Assembly: GCA_951406725.2 (NCBI GenBank)
Contig: OX597826.1
Location: 26,846,001-26,910,000, forward strand
Direction of reading: 5' to 3'
From: Octopus vulgaris
Taxonomy: Eukaryota
Length of the DNA stretch: 64,000 nt
The notes beneath the pieces were generated by a model. The model ran no database searches, was not told the origin of the DNA, and saw nothing but the letters and a program-made list of their open reading frames with translations. Numbering within the stretch: position 1 is the stretch's first letter; every line of letters starts with the position of its first letter. Shown in pieces: positions 1 through 12,178 of the stretch. A program made the translations under genes and the position numbers.

Positions 1-82
1 AGCAGGCCGGATTTTGATCATCACGATACATCGCCAACGGCTCCCTGAAACTCTCCCCTGAAATCCCCGTTGAAAAATACTG
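1..82. mobile_element. End of a hAT-like MITE (terminal inverted repeat)
   Basis: CCCCGTTGAAAAATACTG is the reverse complement of a CAGT(G/A)TTT(C/T)TCAA-type hAT/Charlie TIR; a similar end CCCCTTTGAGAAACACTG lies at 56348-56365. Confidence 0.4.
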
Positions 83-229
83 ATCTAAAAGTATAATTCA
101 ACAATGCAATTATTTGATCAACAAAAATTTATGAAACGTTTCTACGTACTTCCTATTGGGGAAATGAAACAAATAGAGGGCATTAAATGCTTGATTTTAA
201 AACCAAAATAATTTAATTTTAATTGAACT

Positions 230-298
230 TCACCCAAGTTTAGCTTAATTCACGCGTGCCTAGAACGTACGAGCGCACGAGCCGGGCAATACTGCTAG
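230..298 (+). mobile_element. 3' end of non-autonomous Helitron
   Basis: GCCGGGCAATACTGCTAG followed by T; same terminal motif as the element ending at 30959 (GCCGGGCGATACTGCTAC). Confidence 0.5.
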
Positions 299-401
299 TA
301 TTCATATATAATTTATGTTGACCTGTCCTGCGTTAGTAAAAACAAATTTTACAGTAAACTTCGTATGTAAACGAAACACCTTCAATGCTGTGATGATGTT
401 C

Positions 402-463
<62 letters not shown>

Positions 464-756
464 ATACATGTATATACTTTTATAATTTGTACATATATAT
501 ATACATAGATATATAATTATGTGAGTATATGCAGGTAACTATCTATCTATATATATATATAAATGAGGGAGGCACTAATTAATACCAAGTGGTTATATTT
601 ATCACCATTTGAACGTGGAGGTTCTATTCGAACAAACGTTAAAGCCATAGATAATATAAGATAATATATATAGAATATTGGTGCAAAAGGCACTCTAGTT
701 TACATCGCTAACAGGAAGATAAAGACACCCTAAAACTCCAGAGTCGAGAACACCAG

Positions 757-794
757 GTCACATGGTTTCGACCTTCCTTTGTCTCATCGGTGAC
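757..794 (-). ncRNA. Degenerate type I hammerhead ribozyme motif in a (TA)n-flanked Penelope-like unit (about 560-910)
   Basis: Minus strand: gtca-CCGATGA-gac aaaggaag gtc-GAAAC-CATG-tgac; stems I and II pair but the cleavage triplet is lost. Confidence 0.55.
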
Positions 795-1130
795 AGACGC
801 TTGACTGCCAGAGATAACAGTTCCTCTCATAGTGTCTACTTCAGTAAACTTTCGTCTAACGGAACATCCAGGTTTATGTGAGGATAATATTACTTCCTCC
901 CTCATTCTCTGTATATACATACATACACGTGTATATATATATATATATATATATATCGTGAAAAAGGGCAAATGAGACGTAGATAAAAATTAAACATTCC
1001 ATGAAAAAGATCTAAATATGTGTACTTGAGATATGATTGAATGAATATAAAGATGTTTGTGCGTAAATGTACGTGTGTATGTGTATGTATATATACGCAT
1101 ATTTATACGCACATTTTTACACATATTTAC

Positions 1131-1161
<31 letters not shown>

Positions 1162-1265
1162 AACACAAACCCTTGGCATATACGTGTATGTTAGTTTGGA
1201 TATATAATATAATATGCATGATAGACAAATTGATAGATAGATTAATAGGCAGATAGATAGATAAG

Positions 1266-1335
<70 letters not shown>

Positions 1336-1950
1336 CATACATACATACATACATACATACATACATACATACGCATACTTACATACACGCATACATACAT
1401 AGACACGGATATAAATATAGGTCTTGTAAGCATCTCAGAAATTCATGAATATATATTTGCGTGTACCTCTTTCCGCACGATTTTATCTATAATTTTGTCC
1501 ATCAATCTATCCATCCGTCCATACATCATTCTTTCTTCATCTCTTTAGCCCATCAGGGCATTTCTTTTTTTGATGATGTTCAAAGGAAGAGAAGATCAAT
1601 AAGTATTGTCGGTTTGATCATATTACGCACTGATATCTGTGTAAGATATATCTACACTTACGTGAATATGTGAGTGTGATTATTTGCGATTATAGCTGAT
1701 GAAGATGTGTTTGTACGAAACTGGCTAAATATATTTATATGTGTGTGCATGGATGTGTGCGCGCGCGCGGTTATATGGGTGTGTTTGTGTTTGTATATAT
1801 GTATATATATGTATGTGTATATATATCTGTATGTATATATATATATATCTATATACATACAGATATAAATGTATGTATATATTATATATATATACATATG
1901 TAAATATATATATATATATGCATATACATATATATCTATATACACACATA

Positions 1951-2025
<75 letters not shown>

Positions 2026-2101
2026 CAGTAAATGCATAAATAAATAGATGAAGAAAGAAACCTTACACTTGCATACATATCTGCACGCGAGACACGCACA
2101 G

Positions 2102-2132
<31 letters not shown>

Positions 2133-2169
2133 TCTATTTGTCTATCTATGCATCTTCCTATCTATACAT

Positions 2170-2227
<58 letters not shown>

Positions 2228-2744
2228 CACACATATATATATATACCTATATGCGTACGACATTCTTGTCGTTATCACCGTCATCATCGTTATCATCATC
2301 ATCGCCACCATATCTGTCTTCAAAAGTATCATCACGCGTGTGGTCTTTTGACTGTGCACGTGATAATATTTTGATCACGTACTGGAAAAAAAGGAAAAGA
2401 AAATAATGCACTTACACAATCATGTTTACGTATGCGCGCGCACCGATTTGTTGTCTCTGTCAATGCGAATGCATTTGTAAAGATATTCATATTATTATTT
2501 CTACATATAAACGTCGCTGTCCATGGACAATACTTTCGTCACATATAATACTGTGTGCCTTGGGGAAATTCAGCGTATGTATGCGAACTCAATAGAGAAA
2601 TTGACTATTTAGCGAAGTAAGTGCAATGAAAGAAAGTGTGTGCACACTATTTGAAATAGAAATGAACAGTTTTGTAATGTCTACTCACAAGTATACATCA
2701 GTTCAGCTGTAAACATAATTTTTTTTTAAATATTTAAAATATAT

Positions 2745-3143
2745 ACTCTTTTACTCAATTACTTGTTTCGGTCATTTGACAGCAGTCATGCTGGAGTACC
2801 GCCTTTAGTCGAGCAAATCGACCCCCAGGACTTATTCTTTGTAAGCCTAGTACTTATTCTATAGGTCACTTTTGCCGAACCGCTAATTTACGGGGACGTA
2901 AACACACCGAGCATCATTGTCAAGCGATGTTGGGTTAAAACACAGACACACAAACATATACACGCACATATATACATACATATATACGACGGGCTTCTTT
3001 CCGTTTCCGTCTACTAAATCCACTCACAAGGATTTGGTCGGCCCGAGGCTATAGTAGAAGACACTTGCCGCAGGTGCCACGCATTGGGAATGAACACGGA
3101 ACTATGTGGTAGGTAAGCAAGCTACTTACTACACAGCACCTAT
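2745..3143 (-). mobile_element. tRNA-derived CORE-like SINE (family B, octopus OR-type)
   Basis: Reverse complement matches the full-length copy at 27906-28305 (A/B-box head, GGCAAGTGTCTTCTACTATAGCCTC core, GAAACAAGT tail). Confidence 0.85.
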
Positions 3144-3656
3144 GTATATATATATATGTATTCAATAGCAATATTCGAGAAAACGAAGTACTACACACAC
3201 ATACACATACACGCACACACACATACACATATATGTATGCATCTATTTATATATGAGAATATATATATATATAGGTGTATAGGGACTAGGTAGGTTTTAG
3301 GCTATTGATGATCTAGACGAATAGGTACGCTGCGTAAGTGGTATGTTTCGTAATCCGTCAGGATCCAGGTTCAGAATGACGGTTGGAGCCACGGACCGTA
3401 GCGGGCTTCCGAGTCAGCGGGTATAAATAAATTAAAGGAAGAAGAAAACAAAACTAAGGCAAGACAAACTTATCAGATCTTTTAAAAATATTTTAATTAA
3501 TATAAAGATGAATGGAATTAAGAAACAGTAAAGGTACATTTTTCATTTCGATCTATCTTTATATTAAGATATTCTTTAAATGATCTGACAAACTTGCCCT
3601 GCCTCGGTTGTGTTTTCCTCATTTTATAATTTATATAGGTATATAGAATATATATG

Positions 3657-3758
<102 letters not shown>

Positions 3759-3819
3759 CATACACACACACACCTGTATACATATATATATATATATATA
3801 TAAATATAAATATATATAT

Positions 3820-3995
3820 CGTTAGCCACTACACATCTTCATTTTCTTTCTTTCTATCTGTGTTCCTTTCTGTCGAAGAGCATAGCCTCGAAAGGTCAAA
3901 GACTTTTTCACTTCCCGAGCGTTTTACTAATACATCTGTTTGTTGTCTAGATCACCTGTCTTTGACATTTTTTGTTGTTAATTCTCCCTTTATAT
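3820..3995 (+). mobile_element. Short (TA)n-flanked Penelope pLTR-like element with variant hammerhead (3866-3901)
   Basis: cttt-CTGTCGA-A-GAGC atag CCTC-GAAA-G-GTC-aaag; second copy on the minus strand at 49698-49870. Confidence 0.65.
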
Positions 3996-4033
3996 ATAAC
4001 TTTATATCTATGTATAAATATGTATTTACATGT

Positions 4034-4416
4034 GGAGGCTCAACGGCCCACTGGTTAGGTCACGGCAGACACGTGTTCGTAGGATCACGGTTTCGATTCC
4101 CATCCCGGACATTGTGAGAGTTTATTGAACGAGAACACCTAAAGCCCCAGGAGGCTCCGGCAGCGGGTTGTGTTGCGAACCCTGCAGCACTCATTCACCA
4201 CAACTTTCTCTCAATCTTTCTTCCTGTTTCTCTTGTACCTGTATTTCAAAGAGCCAGCCTTGTCACACTCTGTGTCACGCTGAATCTCTCTGAGAACTAC
4301 ATTAAGTGTACAAGTACCTGTGGAGTACTCAGCCACTTGCATGTTAATTTCATGAGCAGGCTGTTCTGTTGATCGAATCAACTTGAACACTCGTCGTCGC
4401 AACCTACGCAGTGCCA
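4034..4416 (+). mobile_element. tRNA-derived SINE (family C)
   Basis: GGAGGC...GGCCCACTGGTTAGG A-box and GGTTTCGATTCC B-box; head fragment repeated on the minus strand at 54628-54739, tail-like fragment at about 49280-49415. Confidence 0.75.
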
Positions 4417-4824
4417 TTTACAAAAACATATATAAATATACATCATTGCTTCGCATTGGTTTATCGGTATACGTCTATTTACATTTATTTCTGTGCATAT
4501 TTGTGTGTGCATACGTACAGATATATATGTTTCTTATACACATACGTGAATACCTATATTTGTCTAAATTTACATATTTCAGGTCGTGGCTACTCACCCT
4601 GAAACTGCATAAGATTATCTATATTCATGGTTTTGAATGTAATTATTTCTGTTTCTTATGTATCTAAATACTTTCTGTTCTTCAGTATACAAATCTTTTA
4701 TAATGGCTTCGATGAAGCAATAGGATTTCTCGGAAAGTCTCATCTCGTAGAGCAATTTTTCTCATACGAGAAACAGCTGCGGGCAATTAAATTTTATTAT
4801 GTGATTAATTTTCCAACGTCATTA

Positions 4825-4855
<31 letters not shown>

Positions 4856-4979
4856 CATGTGTGTGTGTGCGCGCGCGCGTCTATGCGAGTGTGTAGTTGT
4901 TTATGGGTATATATATATATACTTTCATTTGTTTCAGTCATTTGACTGCGGCCATGCTGGAGTACCGCATATATATATA

Positions 4980-5210
4980 TGGTTGTGGAGTCACGTGGCT
5001 CATGATCATAAGATTGTTGTCTCGATTCTTGGACACGGCGACGCGTTGTGTTCTTGAGCAAAACACTTCATTTCACTTGCTCCAGCCTACTCAGCTGGCA
5101 AAAATGAGTAACGCTGCGATGGACTGGCGCCCCGTCCAGCTGGGGAATACATACGCCATTGAAACCGGGAAACCGGGCCCATGAACCTGGCTAGGCTTTA
5201 AAGGGAGCAT
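4980..5210 (+). mobile_element. tRNA-derived SINE with CORE-like and V-domain-like segments (family D)
   Basis: Degenerate B-box, GTGTTCTTGAGCAAAACACTT, and CTGCGATGGACTGGCGCCCCGTCCAG resembling the V-SINE domain. Confidence 0.6.
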
Positions 5211-5249
5211 AATAATATATATAGTTATTTATTTATCATTTCTTTTATG

Positions 5250-5590
5250 AATTACTTGTTTCCTTCATTTGACTGAGGCCATACAGCATCACCCCTTGGA
5301 ACACGTCAACGCCAGTATTTTTCTTTTTGTTTTAAACATGGTACTTATCCTATCGACGTCTTTCGCTGAACCGTTAAGTTACGGGGACGTAAACGCACAG
5401 CACCGTTTGCCAAGCAGTGGTGGAGGACAAACAGACACAGAACTCAACACACACATACACACACACATATATATATATATACGACGAGCTTCTTTCAGTT
5501 TAACTTTTCGAAATCCTCTCACAAGGTTTTCATTGACCCCAAGGTTATTATAATAGAAGACACTTGCAAAAGTGTCTGAACCTAGAATCA
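5250..5590 (-). mobile_element. SINE family B, diverged partial copy
   Basis: TAAGTTACGGGGACGTAAAC and TAGAAGACACTTGC shared with 2745-3143. Confidence 0.7.
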
Positions 5591-5623
5591 TGGCCTTACG
5601 TTGTATGTATGCATATATACATC

Positions 5624-5689
<66 letters not shown>

Positions 5690-5744
5690 TTTATATATAT
5701 ATTGTGTGTGTATATGTGTGTATATATATACACATATATACAAT

Positions 5745-6184
5745 AAATGTGGATCATCCTACTCAATGAGTACCTCTAGCAAACTATACATCAGTATAAA
5801 GAAGCATATGCATTCAAGCCCTTCATTAAAGAAATACCTTAGGATATGCCAAATCCGGAATTTCAAAGTTTTCGTTAAGGAAACCAGCACAACAGAATTA
5901 TGGAAACCTTTATTAGAAACAAACTGAAGTCAGTCATTAACCACAGGAAAGAACTAGACGAAGCAAATTGGATGCTATAGCAACAAGTATCCACGCATGT
6001 CACCTTCCACCTTTCTCCCCCCTACAAATCTCACTTGAGCTTTTTCCAAATGTCCCAAAGAAGGAGTCTTCACACCGAAATATAGAAATAGGAGGTAAAA
6101 CTACGACTTCTTACTGTTTTACTTTCATTTTCTAGTTTACTTTATACCTTCTCGCATTGTTTCACCTTCACACAATTAGATTCT

Positions 6185-6185
<1 letters not shown>
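5745..6185 (+). pseudogene. Penelope-like element 3' end: degenerate GIY-YIG endonuclease C-terminus plus pLTR with decayed hammerhead
   Basis: [21 protein letters not shown]...FKVFVKE...(frameshift)ETFIRNKLKSVINHRKEL fits the CxxxYIGxTxRxLxxRxxEH...ExLxI...KPxIN pattern; followed at 6050-6089 by atgtc-CCAAAGA-A-GGAG tcttca CACC-GAAA-TA-TA-gaaat. Confidence 0.6.
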
Positions 6186-6270
<85 letters not shown>

Positions 6271-6419
6271 TATATATATATATAAATTCCAAAGTTTGCT
6301 TTGGAATCGTTGATATGTCTTAGAAAGTTAAAGAAGTGATTTTAAATTCTCAAACGCAATATAATGCTAATAATATAGCCTGAACAGGTTAAGCTACCCC
6401 TATCCTGCAGAAAAAATGT

Positions 6420-6499
6420 TGGTGGCCGGCTATGAGACTCGAACTCACAGATCCGTGATTACGCGTCGCGGTGCTCTGAACCATTGGGCAAAAACTGCC
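6420..6499 (-). pseudogene. tRNA-like sequence (anticodon CGT, Thr or mutated Met) with encoded ACCA and T6 run
   Basis: Minus strand GGCAGTT..GCCCAATGGTTCAGAGC..CCGCGA CGCGTAA TCACGG..GTGAG TTCGAGT CTCAT..GCCGGCC ACCA ACA TTTTTT; acceptor and D stems are mismatched. Confidence 0.6.
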
Positions 6500-6534
6500 C
6501 ACATCTTTCTCTCTCCCCCCCTCTCTCTCTCTCT

Positions 6535-6620
<86 letters not shown>

Positions 6621-6622
<2 letters not shown>

Positions 6623-7198
6623 GTTTCTTTATTGGCCACACAGGGCTGCACACAGATGATAGATATGTTTCTTTATTAGCCACACAGGGCTGCACACAGA
6701 TAGAACAAATTACAAGGTAGAGCTTTTCTTTTGAAGGTTTAAGAAAAAAAAAAAAAAAAAAAGGAAGGGGAGTTTCGATCAAAAGGGATCGTAAAAGGAG
6801 AGAAAGAGGACAAAAAAAGGGGGTTTAAAAAAAGGGGGAGGAAAAAAAATTGATCAATAGGGATCGTTATCACAGAAATGTCAATATGAAGTGTAAAGGG
6901 GAGGACAGGTGAGGTTTACCCGTGCAAAGAAAAGCCTACGGAAAAGACCACGGTAACCTCGGTCAATGATGTCACATTTTATATTTCTTTTTTTTTTTTT
7001 TTGCAAATAAGCAACTCTCTGTTTTCGATTTCTGGGTTCATAGGACTATGCTCAAGGTGGCTTCGTCATTCATACGTGCCATTCTTGCTACATTCACCCA
7101 TCTTTTTAAAACATTCGCTAGACAAAACTTGCCTCTCTACTCTCACTTTCCTTTTCAAGTGGTACTTGAAGAAGTTGATGAGAGATTGACCAGAGAGG
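6621..7198 (-). mobile_element. 3' fragment of L1/Tx1-type LINE (ORF2 C-terminus plus 3'UTR) inserted in (TATC)n
   Basis: Minus strand encodes SGQSLINFFKYHLKRKVRVERQVL...KRWVNVARM...; ends TGTGCAGCCCTGTGTGGCTAATAAAGAAAC then TATC; 3' end present twice (6622-6656, 6667-6700); same 3' end at 59450-59621. Confidence 0.75.
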
Positions 7199-7293
7199 AA
7201 GATAGATAGATAGACAGATAGGTAGATAGACAAACGGAGAGCCAGATAGACAGGCAGACAGATAGATTATATATATATATGTATATATATATA

Positions 7294-7400
<107 letters not shown>

Positions 7401-7419
7401 TAGATAGATAGATAGATAT

Positions 7420-7511
<92 letters not shown>

Positions 7512-7561
7512 AACTTACTTGGAAGAGGTTTCATGGCATTCAATCATATAATAATAGAAAT

Positions 7562-7920
7562 ATGTGGTCTCAGGACGTCATGAAACTTGTACAACGATAA
7601 AGTACAAAGTATGAGTACTTGGAGCATGAATTATTCTTTCGAACAACGAAAGGCACAAATGGAAGACAAAACAAACATCATAAAGAATGGCCCTTCATCA
7701 GTTGTAGACTGTTTTTCTAATCTCGTATTTCGTGCATTTAACAACAATATACACTTTCGAAGCAAATTAAATAAAGCCTAGGATTTTGCGGAGGGTCAAA
7801 ATAGGTAACACAAACAAAAAAGTAAAAACAAACAGGAGGGCTGCGAAGACTAAAAGAGGTTGTGGTGGCGAACGCGTAAATCAAGCTAGGACAAGAGACA
7901 AACAAGAACACGTTTTCTTT
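7562..7920. mobile_element. Interspersed repeat with CTGATGAAGGG motif (family shared with 45822-46120)
   Basis: CAGGACGTCA...GGAAGACAAAAC...CCCTTCATCAGTTG similar to the arms of the inverted repeat at 45822-46120. Confidence 0.55.
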
Positions 7921-8038
7921 ATTCCAACTACAATGGAGAGAGAGAAAGAAATATGGCCGAGGGTCACGTGGGAGCTACGTGAGCAAGGGGGAGGAGTGAG
8001 GGAGAGGAACATGTTTCATGACGTCCTGTGGCCACATA

Positions 8039-8103
<65 letters not shown>

Positions 8104-8656
8104 TGTTTATATTATATTATATTATATTATATATGTATATAGTGAGGATTCATCGGTCCAAGCAAAATACTTTATAAGCGCTCTCTTAATACACCTGGCT
8201 AATAACGTTATTTGGATTAGTAAAGAACTCCGCGTCTTCTTGTCGCAGGGTACGAAGTTAAACTGATCACTACTCTGTATTGTAAATCCCTGGTGATATT
8301 CTAGTTGTACTGCAGAATTTTTACACAGTGGTATACAAGACAAGGCATAAATAATCTCCTTACATGTTTCTTTATTGCAGTATATTTGACTGACAGCTGT
8401 TTCCAGTTGTTATTATAGGTTCGATATTTATTGTTTTACTCAGTCGAACCATTGATTGAGAGAAGCTGATCGCTTGAGAATTAATGCTACTTTCGTCAGA
8501 GTCATTGCTGGTTTGACACTAACGAAAGTAGCATTAATTGTCTCGGTCCTTCAATAACAAAGCTATAAGGACTACTGGACATAGCTGCATGTCAAACTTC
8601 CTAGAATGAAGAAATGTGTAACGACTATTATTTATGCCGTGCCTTGTATATATAGT

Positions 8657-8797
8657 TCTCTATTGCCCACAGGGGGCTAAACACAGGGGGAACAAACAGG
8701 GCCAGACAAAGGGATTAAGTCGAGTACATCGACCCAAGTGCGTAACTGCTACTTATTTAATCCACCTCGAAAGTATGAAAGGCAATCTCGACCCTGA
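8657..8797 (-). mobile_element. SINE family A, 3' part
   Basis: Matches the 31433-31667 and 60374-60603 copies (ACTGCCCACAAGGGGCTAAAC...GATTAAGTCGA..ATCGACCC). Confidence 0.75.
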
Positions 8798-9462
8798 CTT
8801 GTATATATATTAATAAATATATATCCATCTATCAGTTCTCCCTCTGTGCATATATATACATATATACATACATACATATATGTGTATGTGTGTGTGGGTA
8901 TATATGTGTGCATGTGTGTGTGTTGGTGGGTGTATGTGTGTGAGATTTTGTGCACCTGTTTTTGTGTGACTGCTTACGTGTGTTTGGTTGTTTGTTTGTG
9001 TGTATATGTGTGTGTATGTGTGCACAGCCGAACGTTAAACTGTTTACGTTCAGCATTATGTTACGACTACAGCTTCGAGACCACCAGCAGTAAAAGTCTA
9101 TTTCGAACATTAAATTGTGATTGTTAAAGAGGTGTAAATCGATTATATATCAAGTTGAATGTGTGAAAAGTAATAAAATAATTAAAGAATAATTGTTAGA
9201 GTATGAAATATTATCGATTACGTAGATGTGTATCCGTGAATTCAAGTAGTATTGAATAGTGTTAAACGATTTAAATCAGAAGATACCAAATAGAAAATGT
9301 TTTGATATTTTGTTAAACTTTTATTACAAGTGCATTAATTTAATCTTATTAGAATGGAATATCTTACATATAATTCTTGCATAGAAGAGGCATGTAAGGC
9401 CTGGCACATTTACGCTAAGTGTATGTTTGTATGATTGCTTTTACACACACTTCGGTACGTAC

Positions 9463-9523
<61 letters not shown>

Positions 9524-9645
9524 AGGGTGTTTGTATGTGTGCATGTAAATAGATACACAGAAAAACATATATCTTTATCTCTATATCTGTATCTATAACT
9601 ATCTATCCATATATCTATTTATCTATCCGTCTGTCTGTCTATCTG

Positions 9646-9712
<67 letters not shown>

Positions 9713-11010
9713 CTCTATCTATCTATCTCTCTATCTATCTCTCTATCTATGTGTGTGCTGTGTATGTGTGTGTGTGTGAGTGTGTAGTTTAAAATAACGT
9801 CATTCATATTTTTCCTTTATTGGAGTAAATTTGGCTTAGTGCTCTTTCCAGTGGTCATTATAGGTACGTTGCAGATAATTTTTACTCAATTGCTCTTTTG
9901 ATCAACTAAAGAAAACTGAACGACCCCAGAATATTAACGCTACTTTCAACAGAGCCATTTCTGGTAATGTAGGTTCATATATATATATACGGAGTATCTG
10001 TCTTTTAGCATTTCAAACAAAAGAAAACTTCCATTGCTCAGGACACCAATTTGCCAACAATAAACTATTTATGGGAACCTCGGTTTACTGTGAGTAATGA
10101 TGTGAAGAAATGTACTGGCTCTGACGTTGAGCATCTGTTATTGCCATTTGACTGACATTTCCCCACCCCGGCGCACCGAACCTTTGCAAACAAGGCGAAG
10201 GTCAAAATTTCACATGTTGTATATGGAATGTTGTGCGGGGTTCACAGTTGTCTTCCAGTGGGCATACGTTTGGAAGCATTCTTGCAAATGTTTATTGCAG
10301 AGAAGCTAAGAATCGGAAACCATATCATCTTAGTTGTGAGTCCAGCTTAACTTTCATCCCGGAGACCACATACAGAAAATTTTATAACTTCTGGCTCTCT
10401 AGTGCTAGAAGGAAAATTGGTAGAGGTAAATAATGCGGTCACAACACTACACTCGAGGAGCTAACACGAGCGCAAAGTCTCCACGCCTCTGTTCAGTGTC
10501 TCATTATTGAATGCTTGTGTCAAATATCAAGTATAGATCCAGTTGTCAGCATGTCCATTGTAAGGATGGTTGTCCGGGTTATTTTCTTTTTAGTAGAGAA
10601 TGCAGACACTGTTTGAATCTATGGAAGATACGACAAAAGCGATTGAATGATGGATAGATTGTAAGGACTGAGGCCTGACTTTTCATCACTAGTAAAACGC
10701 AGATAGCTTTCTCCAGTTTCCACATGGTAAAAATAAAAAAAATGTAGGGTGCAGAAGGGTTCGCTGCTTTTACGCAGTTTTGTTGGAAGTTAGCGACAAC
10801 GGTTTATGAAAGATCCCGATGAATAAGCTCCCCGTCAATACGATACTGTAGCTATGAAAACAGCGGCAAAAGTTTACTCTTACCCGTGGTAGATTAAAGC
10901 TATACCCTGCAATCCCTTGCTAAGCTCTATAGGTATGCCTTTCTACTGTGACCAAATAATTAATGCTCTATAATATAATATTTCCTATTCCCCTTGTGTG
11001 ACTTCAAGAA

Positions 11011-11255
<245 letters not shown>

Positions 11256-11257
11256 TA

Positions 11258-12104
11258 GTATCTTCTTTCAATTCTGTATCCATTTCTTGCCGAGTGTCTT
11301 CCTAAAACCTAGGGCACAGAAACGCGTACTGTATACATTAATATGTCATTAAGACAGACACACGAGATTGTTCATTTACAAAGTCATGTGATGGAGAAAA
11401 ATAGGAAGAAAGACATAGAGAAAACGGAAACAATAAAAAATTAAAAAGTAAACAAAGAAAATAAAGAGGAAAAAAGGGACAAAAATTCACAGCGACTATT
11501 CTCTTTTCAATACGTGTGACATACCAATTAAGACAGTCTTTGCACTTCCTGTATGGATGGTAAATCAGGGATCATTCTTAAATCATTTTCAGTTCCTTTT
11601 TTTGATCATTCCAAGTGCTCCTACAATCAGTGGTACAGTGAACGTATTGAGATGCCACATCTTTTAGATTCCGATTATATTTTATATTTTCTGAGCTTAT
11701 CAAATTCTTTTGCCGAGATATCATAGTCACAGGGTATGCTCATGTCAATCAATAACCAGACTTTATTGTTTTGATCTTTCGTAACAATATCTAGTTTATT
11801 TGCTTTGATGGTCTGTCCTGTACATACTGGGAAGTCCCCTCTATTACTTGTACCATTTGCCAGCAGTTTTGATTTTATAATGCCGTCACATTATCCAATG
11901 TAGATATTGGCCAACTCTGTCGTGTTTTGAGTTGTACTCTACAGGTGCTAAAACTTTACAGCCAGAGATTAGGCAGTCCACTGTTTCAATCCCATCGTAG
12001 CAGTATCGGCACTTTGGGGCTACACCATTTTTCATCACATTGTCTTGATAGTTCCGGGTCAATAGGCTCTGAACTTGGGCAGCCAACATAAAGCCTTCAC
12101 TCTC
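11258..12104 (-). mobile_element. Dong/R4-clade LINE, old 5'-truncated copy (CCHC motif plus restriction-like endonuclease)
   Basis: ESEGFMLAAQVQSLLTRNY...CRYC...ETVDCLISGC...HDRVGQYLHW; homologous to 13035-14697; flanked by (AAT)/(GAT)n. Confidence 0.85.
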
Positions 12105-12178
12105 ATCATCATCATCATCATCATCATAATCATCATCATCATCATCATCATTATTATTATTATTATCATTATTATTAT

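Noticed and set aside
1690-1730. CTGATGAAG...CGAAACTGG hammerhead-like string
   Set aside because: Stem II does not pair and there is no UH cleavage triplet
6420-6499. Functional tRNA gene or bacterial contamination (encoded CCA)
   Set aside because: Acceptor and D stems are broken and the context is host microsatellite DNA; kept only as tRNA-like
8385-8450. GAAACAGCTGTC on the minus strand (also TAAACAGCTGTC at about 26045)
   Set aside because: Matches the 3' half of the 21472 hammerhead but has no intact CUGANGA partner; at most remnants
10090-10955. Higher-complexity stretch that could be an exon or old LINE
   Set aside because: No long ORF or recognisable motif in any frame that I could read
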